Shown: in pieces, positions 12,591 through 24,878 of the stretch
How the letters are laid out: every line of letters begins with the position of its first letter
How positions within the stretch are numbered: the stretch's first letter is position 1
Assembly: GCF_006345805.1 (NCBI RefSeq)
Contig: NC_042997.1
Coordinates: 16,368,001-16,432,000, forward strand
Source of the DNA: Octopus sinensis
Taxonomy: Eukaryota
Reading direction: 5' to 3'
Length of the DNA stretch: 64,000 nt
Translations under genes and position numbers: made by a program
Notes under the pieces: generated by a model
Databases searched by the model: none
What the model saw: only the letters and a program-made list of their open reading frames with translations
Told to the model about the DNA's origin: nothing

Positions 12591-13217
12591 TGCAGATAGT
12601 ATCTTACAGCTGTTTCAAGATTAAATACTGAATGCAATAATTTAATTGTGATAAGATAAAAATTGAGTGGTACTTGTGTTGTGGTGAGAAACTGGATTTA
12701 ATAACGCTAAAAGAACTGCTTTGGTAGCCCCTAACGTTTAAGGAAAAGCTAATCTATAACCATATACTTACATTACTTCTCAACTCACTTGCCTCTCACC
12801 ACATCTACTTAGTATAACCCTTTCCCTCCTACACTCATTGCAATAATCACCATACCATACAGCTAGTGATTAAAAGGTATATTTTATCGTGTACGTAAAC
12901 CCGATTCTGAAACTCTAGGCTCCTTCTTCACACAATACTTTTTCCCAGTGGCTCTAGTCTAGCTAACCGATAATTCTAATTTACTCGCTCCATACGTTGT
13001 TGCTATTTTACACATAGTCTACTTTACACTATCCCACTTAGCATCACCCTTCCCTACTCATACTGGAATTGGTCGCTTCTTTCTATATATCTTCTAACTC
13101 TTGAACTTTACATAGCTATCCTTTGTCATGTGTATTAGTTTCTATCTATCTTTCTATTATTGTGACCTTGTATTTTGTGCCTCTTTTCTTTTAAACTCAT
13201 CTCTGTATATGAGTATA

Positions 13218-14445
13218 TGAGGTTGTTCATTAAAGATCTCCCCTGGCCCACTTCTCAAGCACTGGGATAAACGAATCTGGCATAATTATTAGTCCTTCTC
13301 TATATTGCCACCACCAATGGTGACACGCTTCTCGCATCGCTTTATGCAGCTGTGAAGAGCTCATCTGTAGAAGTCGGTAGGTTGCGTCTGGCGCCAAGAC
13401 TTTACCTCGGAAATAAGTTCATCATCATCAGAAAACTGCTTCCCATTCAGAAAAGACTTCATGGTTGGAAAGAGGTGGAAAGTCAGATGGTGCAAGGTCT
13501 GGAGAGTAAAGAAGGATGAAGAATTTCATTGCTGCGAGGATGTGCTTTCATCTGGGCAACATGCGCATTGTGAATTGGGGCGTTGTTTTGGAGGAGGCAG
13601 ACTCCTTTGGGCAGCATGCCACGCCTCTCTGCTTTGATGGCGTCCTGCAATTTCTGCAGCAGAGAAGCATACTATTTCCCGTTAATTATGATGCCTTTGC
13701 CAGAAAATCCATCATCACTACTCCTCATTGGTTCCAAAAGACTGCGAGCATCACCTTGCCTGATGAGGGCTGGACACGAGCCTTCTTTGCAGATGGTGAG
13801 TTATCATGCTTCCATTGCTTCAACTGGACTTTAGTCTCAGGATCATAGTGATGGACCTATTTTTCATCCTGTGTGATAAGTCTCCCGAAAAAGTCCTCCT
13901 AGTTTTCTTGGTACATTGCCAAAAGCGCTTTGGAGCAATTTATTCGTTCCTGCTGCTGAAAAAGTGTGAGCATCTGGGAAAACCATCGTGCAGACAGCTT
14001 CTGCATGTGCTAATGGTCATGAATGATTTTTTTCCACGGACCCTACATTTATCTTCACTTCTGGAGCTAGTTGCCGAATAGTTATGCGGTGATCCTCCAA
14101 AATGGCGGCTTCTATTTTATGGATGGTGTCACCATCAATGGTGGAATGTGATTGATGCCAGTGCTTGACTACGTCGAATAATAGTACATCGTCATCATAA
14201 ACTTCTCTCATCTCATCGAAAGTCTCTTTTGGTGTACGACCTTGTACAAGAACCTGATCTGCATTCAACTGCCTCCATTATAACACCTTAGTCCACTTCA
14301 GCAGCCGTAAGAGACAAACGAATACAAGTGGAAAGCTGCAATTTACAATGTGACATGTAGAGACGTGTATGATTATACCTGTCCAAGTTCCGTTTCCTGT
14401 AATAACTGGAAGTGGGTCAATGAAAATCTTTAATGAACACCCACG
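13218..14445 (-). mobile_element. Mariner (DD34D-type) transposon, decayed but full length
   Basis: TA-flanked TIRs TGAGGTTGTTCATTAAAGAT / ATCTTTAATGAACACCCACG; transposase motifs YSPDLAPSDFHLF, GKVMLAVFW and an N-terminal HTH (ORF 14017-14268). Confidence 0.9.
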
Positions 14446-14830
14446 TACCTCCGACTACTAGTAGATTATTACTTCCTATTACGGCACTATATCCTCGGAC
14501 GATGGAAAAGATCGCAACAATAATGTTGGCTGCCGTAGCATGTATTCTCATATTCAAATATATAAATGTCATGATATGATACCAGTTGTTCTTATTTTGT
14601 TTTGTTTTGTTTTGGGTGTTTTTTTTTTGCCTGTTTATCGTTTTATAAATGGACCTTCTCAATTAAAACACTGCCTTTAGCAATTCTTCATTAGGCAACA
14701 ATATCATCCTTGATTTTTTTAGTCGCAGTTCAAGTTGGAGTTTAGGCAGCAAGTCAACTTTTAGCTCTAATTGTATATATCTGCCATATTACATCATCAG
14801 ACTAATATTACATGAATGATGTGTGTGTGT

Positions 14831-14882
<52 letters not shown>

Positions 14883-15603
14883 TTTTTCTCAAGCGTTAAA
14901 CTAATACACCTGCTTGTTGTTCCTACACCTGCCTTACAGACACGACAGAAGTAAATAGACACCTATAAAACATTTTATGTTTATTCTAACTTATAAAGAT
15001 TTATATATTTTTTTTATTCATTAGCATTTTTATGTTTCAGGTTCTATATGTGACTGTTTAATTAATCATGTACAAAAGAAGCCTTGGAACTCTGAATTTC
15101 AAAGAAGCCGTATTGCGGGTCATTCTGAACTGGATATAGTCAGCATAAAATCGCAGAAAACCTTGGGATCCCGCTTTCTACAGTTAATAGAGTAATTGTG
15201 CAATTCACCAGAGACGGGAAGGAGTCCACATCACCTTGCCCAGATTAATCAGGGCCCTCTGACAAGACCCTTCTCTTTGTTAAGAGAAGTGTGGAGGATA
15301 ATCCTCGTTGCAAGGCCTCTCACATAGCAGAACAAGTTGATGTCAGTCCCAGAACAGCTGTCAGGTGTTATATAATCATCACAACAAACATGAACAATCA
15401 ACGTCGCCCATTGTCTCCCTTGATAAAAGGACTTTCACTTTGTTTCCCGCCAAAACAATTAACTTGTACAACAACGGCAGTCGAATAAAGTATCTCGTAT
15501 CGTTAACACGTTGTTTCAGTCTCTCTCATTTTCTTAATCTTTCATACTAAGTACTCACTACTTCCTTTAATACTCAATACATTATATATATATAACAACA
15601 ACA

Positions 15604-15614
15604 TGGTGTCAGAA
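15604..15614 (+). promoter_or_regulatory. Primer-binding site (tRNA-Leu-like)
   Basis: TGGTGTCAGAA immediately after the 5' LTR, complementary to a tRNA 3' end ...UUCUGACACCA. Confidence 0.75.
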
Positions 15615-15656
15615 TACTAAAAGAACCCAAAATACAGAAACCAAGGAAAAAAGAAG

Positions 15657-16991
15657 TTGAAATCATACTTCAAAGACGAAATGGAAAATTTACCGCATCC
15701 AAAAGACCTAGACTTTAATCAGGAAAATCTAGCCGCAGCATGGAAAAAGTGGAAAAAAGAATTCAATCTCTTTTTGATAGCAACAGAAAGTGACATGAAG
15801 CCAGACAAAGTAAAAACTTCAATGTTTTTAACTTGCATCGGTTCTAAAGGCCGAGATATCCATTCCACACTGGATTTCGATTCACCCGACGAAGAAATGA
15901 ACCTTCAGACAGTAATCGAAAAATTCGATGCATATTGTGAACCCAGGAAAAACATAACTTTCCTAAGACACAAATTCTTCACATGTGGACAAGCGGAACA
16001 TCAAAAATTCGATGAGTACGTAGTAGAGTTGCGCCAAAAGGCACAACAGTGCGAATTCGGCAACCTCACAGACAGTCTCACCAAAGATATTCTGATATGT
16101 GGAATCAGAGACATGAGATTAAGAGAAAGATTATTGAGAGAACCAAATTTAGACCTACAAAAAACAATTCAAGCAGGTCAGAGTGCAGAGCAAACACGAC
16201 TCCAATCAAGGATGCTAAATGCCACATCCGAAACAAGAGATAACGAAATCTCGAGGGTATATAGTCAACACGACAGAAAAGGCGCCAAAACTCAAATAAC
16301 CCGCCATATGCAATCCAGACATCAAAACGAACAAGGCGGAAGTGACAGAAAGCCCGCGAAGTTTCAAGCGCCAAGTCAACACTACGTCACTAACTGTCAC
16401 TATTGTGGTTATAATCACAAAAGAAATAAATGCCCAGCATTTCACAAGACATGTGAAAAATGCAAGAAACAAGGACACTATGCAAAAATGTGCAAATCAA
16501 GAAAATTTGTACATAAAGTAGAGATACATACCGACGATGAATCAGATGACGATACACATGCACTCGAAATGATCACTGCAAATAATTCCCGCGTGCACAA
16601 AATCGAAAAGTTCAAGACTCCAAAAGACATTTGGACGGTCGAACTAAAAGTGAACAACTCGAATGTAACATTCAAAATAGATACAGGAGCAGACGTAACC
16701 GTACTGCCATTCAGAGAATATAGAAATATAATTCCAAAACCACAACTGCAAAATACTTCAACTCGATTATCAGCTTATAATAACACAGCTATAAAAGTGC
16801 TAGGAAAATGCACAGCAGTCATTAAATACAAAGAATTATCAAAGCAAATAAAATTCATTGTTGCAAAAACAAACTCGCACGCAGTTATAGATGCAAAGAC
16901 AGCTAAAGATCTGAACCTGATTCAGAGAATTTCAAAAATAAATTCGTTGAACACAAACGACATATTAGAAAAATATGAAGACTGTTTCTGA
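15657..16991 (+). CDS. Gypsy Gag plus aspartic protease
   Basis: Zinc knuckles CHYCGYNHKRNKC and CEKCKKQGHYAKMC; protease motif FKIDTGADVT; ends at an in-frame TGA. Confidence 0.9.
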   Translation: MKSYFKDEMENLPHPKDLDFNQENLAAAWKKWKKEFNLFLIATESDMKPDKVKTSMFLTCIGSKGRDIHSTLDFDSPDEEMNLQTVIEKFDAYCEPRKNITFLRHKFFTCGQAEHQKFDEYVVELRQKAQQCEFGNLTDSLTKDILICGIRDMRLRERLLREPNLDLQKTIQAGQSAEQTRLQSRMLNATSETRDNEISRVYSQHDRKGAKTQITRHMQSRHQNEQGGSDRKPAKFQAPSQHYVTNCHYCGYNHKRNKCPAFHKTCEKCKKQGHYAKMCKSRKFVHKVEIHTDDESDDDTHALEMITANNSRVHKIEKFKTPKDIWTVELKVNNSNVTFKIDTGADVTVLPFREYRNIIPKPQLQNTSTRLSAYNNTAIKVLGKCTAVIKYKELSKQIKFIVAKTNSHAVIDAKTAKDLNLIQRISKINSLNTNDILEKYEDCF

Positions 16992-18407
16992 GAAATCGGC
17001 ACTTTGTCAATAACACATCATATCACAGTGGATCCACAAATAACTCCTGTAATTCATCCACCAAGATCGGTTCCTTTTTCTATAAAAGAAAAACTCAACA
17101 AAGAATTAAAAAGAATGACAGAATTAGATATCATAAAACCTGTTAGTGAACCTACAGACTGGGTAAATTCCCTAGTCATCGGTGAAAAAGCGAACGGAAA
17201 ACTCCGACTCTGTTTAGACCCCAAGAATCTAAACAAAGCCATAAAAAGGCAACATTTCAAACTCCCTACAGCGGAGGACATTTTTGCACAAATGCATAAC
17301 CCTAAATATTTTTCAAAACTCGATGCATCTAATGGATACTGGCAAATTCCAGTTGACGAAGAAAGCTCCCATCTTTTAACGTTCAACACACCTTTTGGAA
17401 GGTATCGCTTCACACGACTACCCTTTGGAATTCACAGCGCCAGTGAAGTTTTCCAAAAAGAAATTTCAAAAATAATAGAGGGCATAGAAGGAGCAAGAAA
17501 TTCACAGGATGACATCATAATCTGGTCCAACACTTTAGAAGAACACACAAATAGACTACAACAAGTTTTCGATCGAATCCGAAAGCACGGATTAAAGTTA
17601 AATAAATCAAAGTGTATCTTCTATGAATCACAAATCAAGTACCTTGGGCATATATTAACCAGCGAAGGGATAAAACAAGATCCAACCAAGGTACAAGCAA
17701 TCATTCACATGCCACTGCCAACAAGTAAAAAAGAATTACAAAGATTCCTAGGTATGACAAATTACCTATGTAAATTTTTATCTAATTACTCCGAAGTCAC
17801 AGCACCATTGCGCCAGCTTCTACAGAGTGACACGTTATGGTCATTCGACAAACCACAAATCGAAGCAATAAAAAAGACGCTAAAAAAGGCATTCAAAAGT
17901 GACGAAGAACCTCAGTTAGCGCTCTTAGCATTACGCACGACTAAATTACAAAATGGTGCACCATCCCCTGCAAATCAAATAATGAATAGAACATTGCGAA
18001 CAAATCTCCCAAACATATTACACGACAAAATTGGTATCAGGCCTCACGAAAAGAAGAAATCAAACATTACAACAGAACTCCCAGAGTTAAAACCACACGA
18101 CACGGTTAGAATTAAGTTTAACAACAATTGGTTTAGAAGGGGCAAAATAATTAAAAAACTAGAGCAACCTCGTTCATACTTAGTAATAACAGAGGAAGGA
18201 AATACAGTCAAACGAAATAGACAACATATTCTTAAAACAAACGAACACGTTCGCATAACAGAAGAATTAGATTATGAAAATATATTTCCAAAATCAACAA
18301 ACACGCATGAAAAAACAAAAACAGCACAACTACAGAATTCAACACTACAAAATAATAAAACCACAAAAAGTGGACGACGAATAATTATTCCCTGTAGATA
18401 CAGATGA
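16992..18407 (+). CDS. Gypsy reverse transcriptase fused in frame to the integrase C-terminus (RNase H and integrase core absent)
   Basis: Same frame as the Gag-PR ORF. RT motifs DWVNSLV, LRLCLDPKNLN, FSKLDASNGYWQIP, RLPFG, SQDDII, YLGH and FLGMTNY, followed directly by TLKKAFKSDEEPQLALLALRTT...SPANQIMNRTLRTNLP. Confidence 0.88.
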   Translation, partial: EIGTLSITHHITVDPQITPVIHPPRSVPFSIKEKLNKELKRMTELDIIKPVSEPTDWVNSLVIGEKANGKLRLCLDPKNLNKAIKRQHFKLPTAEDIFAQMHNPKYFSKLDASNGYWQIPVDEESSHLLTFNTPFGRYRFTRLPFGIHSASEVFQKEISKIIEGIEGARNSQDDIIIWSNTLEEHTNRLQQVFDRIRKHGLKLNKSKCIFYESQIKYLGHILTSEGIKQDPTKVQAIIHMPLPTSKKELQRFLGMTNYLCKFLSNYSEVTAPLRQLLQSDTLWSFDKPQIEAIKKTLKKAFKSDEEPQLALLALRTTKLQNGAPSPANQIMNRTLRTNLPNILHDKIGIRPHEKKKSNITTELPELKPHDTVRIKFNNNWFRRGKIIKKLEQPRSYLVITEEGNTVKRNRQHILKTNEHVRITEELDYENIFPKSTNTHEKTKTAQLQNSTLQNNKTTKSGRRIIIPCRYR

Positions 18408-19381
18408 TATAAAAAAAATTTAAAAAAAAAAAAAAAAAGGAAGATGTTATATAATCATCACAACAAACATGAACAATCAACGTCGCCCATTGTCTCCCTT
18501 GATAAAAGGACTTTCACTTTGTTTCCCGCCCAAACAATTAACTTGTACAACAACGGCAGTCGAATAAAGTATCTCGTATCGTTAACACGTTGTTTCAGTC
18601 TCTCTCATTTTCTTAATCTTTCATACTAAGTACTCACTACTTCCTTTAATACTCAATACATTATATATATATAACAACAACATCAGGTATCTCCACAAAC
18701 TTGATTACTATGGCAGAGCAGCAAGAAGTTTTTTCGACCAGCCAACATCAAGCATAGAAAAGATTGGGTCAGTGAGATGGTGGAGAGGCTACTAGCATTT
18801 TCGGACACTGTCATATTCTCTGGTGAGTCCAGACTTGCTGTATTTCCTGACAGTGGTCGAGTGTCGGTCTGAAGACTGTGATCAAGAATTTGGTGTGAAA
18901 AGATTGCAGCCAACAATGAAACACGGTAACTATTCAGTGATGGTCTGAGGAGCAATTTGGAGCAATGGTTGATCAGAGTTGGTGGAGTGTGAGGGAAACA
19001 TAAACTCAGATAGATAGGTATCCATATTGCAGAAAGGACTCCTTTCAATCTCCTCCAGTGGTGAAATGATTATGGAAGATGGGGAACCTTGTCACACGGA
19101 ATAAGTACTAAGCTTACAAAGAATAAGTCCTGGGGTCGATTTGTTCGACTAAAGACGGTGCTCCAGTATGGCAGCAGTCAAATGATTGAAACAAATAAAA
19201 GAATTAAAGAATAAAAGAAAGGATATTAGCCAGATCGACCAGTCATCAGGTCTAAAGGAAGTAGAGAGAAAAGGGATAGACTGGGAAGACGTGTTACAGA
19301 TAACAGCGTGTATGTTTCTGTTTGTGAAGTTAGGGAAGGGGAGAGAGTGAGATGATGTTGACAGATATTTATCATCATATA

Positions 19382-19765
19382 TAGGAGCACTCCGTCGGTT
19401 ACGACGATGAGGGTCCCAGCTGATACGATCAACGGAACAGCTTGCTCGTGGAATTAACGTGCAAGTGGCTGAGCATTCCACAGACACGTGTACCCTTAAC
19501 GTAGTTCTCGAGGAGATTCAGCGTGACACAGAGTGTGACAAGGCTGGCCCTTTGAAATACAGGTACAACAGAAACAGGAAGAAAGAGTGAGAGAAAGTTG
19601 TGGTGAAAGAGTACAGCAGGGTTCACCACCACCCCCTGCAGGAGCCTCGTGGAGCTTTAGGTATTTTCGCTCAATAAACACTCACAATGCCTGGTCTGGG
19701 AATCGAAACTGCGATCCTACGACCGCGAGTCCGCTGCCCTAACCACTGGGCCATTGCGCCTCCAC
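19382..19765 (-). mobile_element. tRNA-derived SINE, family B
   Basis: Full copy with 13-bp TSD ATTTATCATCATA (19367-19379 and 19766-19778). Confidence 0.88.
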
Positions 19766-19829
19766 ATTTATCATCATACATATACAACCACATAGATTCC
19801 CACATACTTTAAGAGGTGCTTCTTCCTTC

Positions 19830-20008
19830 ACTATGTGTGGGACGCGATTGAGAAAGACACCAACCACCCTGCCTGCAACCCGAAGACCGAGCTGATGGGC
19901 AAGATCAAGGGGCTGTTCGAATTTCTTTCAAGGGACACAGCGAGGAATGCATGCGCCAGGTTCTGGAGCCGTCTTGAGATGGAGGAAGCTGAGGCTGGAT
20001 ACTTTGAG
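19830..20008 (+). pseudogene. maT/DD37D-like transposase C-terminal fragment
   Basis: YVWDAIEKDTN...KTELMGKIK...RNACARFWSRLE...EAEAGYFE parallels the C-terminus of the 34994-36284 element. Confidence 0.6.
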
Positions 20009-20016
20009 CGAACTGA

Positions 20017-20428
20017 GGATTTTTTCAGTTTGAACGGCAGTTTTTTCTAGCGGTGTCATATGAAATTGTCACCCATAATTATGACCCTAGTATCGATCTA
20101 TTGCATTTCAATCTGTTTTAGGGTTAGGGTTAGGGGTGGGGGGAGAGTATCTTTTTTTCTTCACAAATGTAAATAAACCCAATGTGTTTCTTAAACGAGG
20201 GACATATTCATATGGCACAGAATGTTTTTTTTTACCTCAAAAGACATCAGTGATTGGTTGAAATTGCAGAAAAAACAACAACAAATATCTTACAAACTAT
20301 AGAATTTTCTCAATAAAGCCAAGAGAAAAAGATGTTTTATAAACACATTCTACCAGTATACGAAGTTTAAAATTTTTTTAGTTACCTAGAAATTATGTTA
20401 AAAACTGCCGTTCAAACCGAAAAGATCC
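20017..20428. mobile_element. GGATC-family non-autonomous DNA transposon with a TTAGGG core
   Basis: 8-bp TSD CGAACTGA, TIR CAGTTTGAACGGCAG / CTGCCGTTCAAACCGAAAAGATCC, internal TTAGGGTTAGGGTTAGGG. Confidence 0.85.
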
Positions 20429-20579
20429 CGAACTGATATCTCTCAGCCATAATCTGGTTGATAATTTTTTCCTTTTGATTTTTTTGAAAGTACTTTATTT
20501 TTTGGGTGGGACATTGTGTTTTCTTTTCCTTTTATGCAATCTGTCAAATTTAGCACGAGTACTCTATATATACACACAT

Positions 20580-20720
20580 CCATCCAGCCATCCATGAAAA
20601 TATACATACATACATACATACATACATACATACACATATACATACATACATACATACATACATACATACATACATACATACATACATACATACATACTCA
20701 TACACATACATACATACACG
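20580..20720. repeat. (CATA)n microsatellite
   Basis: Directly visible. Confidence 0.95.
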
Positions 20721-21102
20721 CGCGCGTATGTGAGTGTTGCATTATTCATTGCATGACCTTACATCTGTTGTTCCTGTAATTTCCCTGCATGCTGTCGTCT
20801 ATAATTGTTCACAAGTACAATAACAAACATGCTTTTACGAAAAACTTCATCTCAGCTTCCATTGTTATATATTAAGAGATAACAGGTGTGACAAGAATAC
20901 TGCTAATAAATACATCGTATGTTAATTAGACGCGTATACATAGGAGTCTAATTAGTAAATTTCTTTCGCTTGCTCGCTCACTCTCACCCCCTCAAACATA
21001 GATTTTTCACTTTCCTCATTGTTTTTTCATAACTTTCTGAAAATGGATATTTTTTTAATGAAATTTTCCACAAATACCTTTTAGGTGGTGAAAATTACGA
21101 TT

Positions 21103-21338
21103 AAAAGGCGGCGAGCTGGTAGACTCGTTAGCACGCCGGGCGAAATGCGTAGCCGTTTTCCGTCTGCCGTTACGTTCTGAGTTCAAATTCCGCCGAGGTC
21201 GACTTTGCCTTTCATCCTTTCGGGGTCGATAAATTAAGTACCAGTTACGCATTGGAGTCGATGTAATTGACTTAATCCCTTTGTCAGTCCTTGTTTGTCC
21301 CCTCTCCGTTTAGCCCCTTGAGGGCAATAAAGAAATAA
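21103..21338 (+). mobile_element. tRNA-derived SINE, family A (Tx1-like tail)
   Basis: Full head; ends ...TTTAGCCCCTTGAGGGCAATAAAGAAATA. Confidence 0.85.
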
Positions 21339-21379
21339 TAGAAGATTACGATTATATAGGAATTTGTTGTGAGAAAGTG

Positions 21380-21540
21380 AAGGCGCGTTGCTTAGTGGTT
21401 AGGGTGTTGCACTCCCGATCGTGAGATCGTGGGTTCGATTCTCAAACTGGTTGTGCGTTGTGTTCTTGAGCCAAATACTTCATTTCAACTTACTCCAGTC
21501 AACTCAACTGTAAATGGATAACCCTGCGATAGATTCGCGT
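21380..21540 (+). mobile_element. tRNA-derived SINE with CORE-like segment
   Basis: GGCGCGTTGCTTAGTGGTTAGGG...GGGTTCGATTCTC head followed by GTGTTCTTGAGCCAAATACTTCATTTC. Confidence 0.55.
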
Positions 21541-21844
21541 GCAAAGGGGGACTTGGAAAAATCACCCGAACAGAGGTCTCGCGGGGCATGTTTTGTATTC
21601 AGCGATCGAATGGATGGATAATACAACCTGTACTGTAAATCACGACTGGTTGGGATTGGCTTTTCAACTACGTCAAAGATGAAAGGCTAAGAAAAAATTT
21701 TCGGAAGGAGAAGAATTTCGGATAATTCACACAAGTCGACTTTGTAAATATACGTATATCATTTTTCTTACATATTCCTATATGTATATATATATGTATA
21801 TTTTTAATTTTTATATATAGATCAGAATCTTGCCTTATACCATT

Positions 21845-23447
21845 GCTTTGTTGATTTGAGCAAAGCATCCGATAGTGTTAATCGAAATGCTCTGTGGCTA
21901 ATTCTAAAGAAAATAGGTTGCCTCCCCCCACCAAAAAAAAAATTTGTAAACATGGTCAGGGCTTTGCATCAAAATATAAAAGCTAGAGTTAAGTTTGGTG
22001 GTAGGCTCTCTGAATCTTTTACCGTGGAAAATGGAGTAAATCAATGAGACCTTGACGCACCCACCCTCTTTGCAAGATACTTTGCTGTTGTGCTGTCACA
22101 CGTTTTTCAAAACTCTGAGGAGGGTATTTACATAAAATATCGAACAACAGTAAATGTTTTTAATCTGACCAAACTGAAATTCAAAACAAAGCTTTTTACT
22201 TCACACATTAGGGAACTCTTATACGCTGATGATTGTGATCTAGAAAGTCATTCTGAAACATGCCTGCGATCTCTTGTATCTGTATTTGACTCAGCCTGTG
22301 ACGGTTTTGGCTTGACCATCAACTTGAAAAAAAAAATCAGTTGTAATGTATCAACCCGCGCATGGTGCTATTTGCAACCCCGCTAAAATTTTTGTTAAGG
22401 GTAAGTTACTTGAGTTTGTTGATTCTTTCATCTACTTTGGAAGCTCTGTACAAAATGATGGAAATCTGGACACAGAAATACATCTGCGAATTCAAAGGGC
22501 AACATAAGCATTTAGTGGTTTGGAGTCTCGCGCTTGGCGCCAACGACATATAAATAACAATACAAAATTGGCTCTTTACAAATTGTTTGTCTTACCATCC
22601 CTGTTGTATTCTTCTGAAACATGGACGTGTTATGAAAGACATTTCAAATTGCTAGAACAATTTCACCACAAACGTCTTAATCGCATTTTAAACATTTAAT
22701 GGAGTGTTGTTTTTTTAAACTCCAAACACAGATGTCCTTGCGTCTGCAGGCATCACTTCATTAAAGCAATGATTCTGAAAAATTAAATGAGATGGTCTAG
22801 CTATATAATTCGAATGGCAGATGAACGTACACCCAAACATCTGCTTTACGAGGAACTCGTAGAGGGGAAACGCTATCGGTGTAAACCTAAAAGGAGGTTT
22901 GAGGACGGTACAACTACCATGAAGTTATTTGGAATGGATCCAGAGGACATAGAAACCCTTGCTTCGGATCGAGCTGGATGGCGAACAAAAGTGAAGTGAA
23001 AGCATTTGAAGAGGCCAGAATAACGTATGCAAGACCCAAGAGAGATTTAAAGAAGAATGTTACGATCGAGAAGGTGAATCACAATGACATTTTTGTGTGT
23101 ACAGTTTGTGACAGTCCATACCTTTCTTTCTCTGGGCTCAAATTTCATTTGCGGGCTCATGAAAAACGAACCTTCACCATCTATTCCGCTTATATATCTG
23201 TGCACACCTTTCAGTGCCGTGCATATTATAAGGTCTGCAAATCTAATGGAGGCCTCATAAGACATTTTAAAATCCACAAAAATCAGAACTTAACTGCAGC
23301 CCTTGGTGGTCCAAATCGAATATGCAAACTATGTGGGTGTCTTTTCAATACATTGTCTGGTTCGAAAAGCTACATCAGACGCCATGATGGATCTAAGGTG
23401 TGGTACAAAAAGTGGTCAAACTCTGCATAAGGAGTAGACGACCACCG
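21845..23447 (+). pseudogene. RTE-clade LINE, 5'-truncated and degraded
   Basis: KASDSVNRNALW, FTVENGVNQ, APTLF, ELLYADDC, RWSSYIIRMADERTPKHLLYEEL; C-terminal C2H2-like fingers in ORF 22978-23430. Confidence 0.88.
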
Positions 23448-24456
23448 TACGTGTGTGTGTGTTTGTCCCCCGCCATCGCTTGACAACCAATTCTGGTGTG
23501 TTTATGACCTCGTTATCTAGCGGTTCGTCAAAAAAGACCAATAGAATAAGTACTAGGCTTACAAAGAATAGGTCTTGGGGGTCGATTTCTTCGAATAAAA
23601 CCCTTTAACGTGCTGCTCCAGCATGGCCGCAGTCAACTGACTGAAACAAATAAAAGAATAAAAATATGATTGCATCGAAATTTCATGTCAAAAAATTATG
23701 TTGATGGCGGGTGCATACTGGCACACATCCCAAATTTTTCAAATCTCGTTGGTTTCTAGTTTGCCTTTTATCATCCTGGGGCCGATAAACCAAGTATTCG
23801 AGTCAATTTACTCGCCTATTCCTTCCCAAATTTGTAACCTTCAGCCAATCATTATTTTATATTTCTTACTCTCATGCGGGTGTTTTGTGTAGTTTCGTTC
23901 TAATGGGATAGACAACTCAAATGAAAGCCATTGTTATTGTTTTACGTGTTTATTTACTTTTCATGTTACACGGACTGTCAACATTCAGCGTAGTGATACA
24001 TAATTACTTTAGACACACTTCGTACTGTTGCTAACAAAATAGTGCCAAAAGTGGGGATGTATTCTACATACGTATAACTACGTATACACATAGATAATGA
24101 ATGTGTAACAGCGGGATAAAATGCCTAGCGACATTTCGTCCGTCTTTACGTTCTGAGTTCAAATTCCGCCAAATCAACTTTGCCTTTCATCCTTTCAGGG
24201 TCGATGAAAATAAATACCTGTCAAATATTAGTGACGGCTACATCGACCAGCCCTCTAGCCCCCTTTGCCAAAGTGTCAAGCCTTGTGCTTACAGTAGAAA
24301 AGATTCTAATTTATCTCACTTTTGTATATCACATGAACGTTAAATATTTTTGATTTTTACAATGTCAGCAGTGTACTGTGGATATCGGGTACAACAAAAC
24401 TTATTGAACGTTATATTATTTTAACTTTGAAGATCGTTTTAGATAAATGTTATGTT

Positions 24457-24878
24457 GGATCTTTTCGGTTTGAACGGCAGTTTTTAAACATAATTTCTAG
24501 GTAACTAAAAAAATTTTAAACTTCGTATACTGGTAGAATGTGTTTATAAAACATCTTTTTCTCTTGGCTTTATTGAGAAAATTCTATAGTTTGTAAGATA
24601 TTTGTTTTTTTCTTCAAATTCTGCAATTTCAACCAATCAATGACGTCTATTGAGGTAAAAAAAAAACATTCTGTGCCGTATGAATATGTCCCTCGTTTAA
24701 AAAACAGATTGGGTTTATTTACATTTGTGAAGAAAAAAAAAAGATACCCTTCCCCCCACCCCTAACCCTAACCCTAAAACAGACTGAAATGCAATAGATC
24801 GATACTAGGGTCATAATTATGGGTGACAATTTCATATGACACCGCTAGAAAAAACTGCCGTTCAAACCAAAAAGATCC
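24457..24878. mobile_element. GGATC-family non-autonomous DNA transposon with a CCCTAA core
   Basis: GGATC...GATCC termini, near-perfect 8-bp TSD GTTATGTT/GTTATATT; inverted copy of 20017-20428. Confidence 0.88.

Larger units (their letters stand above)
15366..18682 (+). mobile_element. Ty3/Gypsy LTR retrotransposon (Mag-like), young and internally deleted
   Basis: 238-bp LTRs 15366-15603 and 18445-18682 (TG...CA; one mismatch seen), 5-bp TSD TCAGG, PBS TGGTGTCAGAA at 15604, purine tract before the 3' LTR. Confidence 0.97.
14937..19108 (+). mobile_element. Tc1-like transposon remnant split by the Gypsy insertion (segments 14937-15365 and 18683-19108)
   Basis: [17 protein letters not shown]...VSPRTAVR resumes after the 3' LTR as YLHKLDYYGRAARR, then VIFSGESR, PTMKHG, SVMV*GAI and EDGEPCH (Tc1 DDE-domain motifs). 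Confidence 0.85.
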
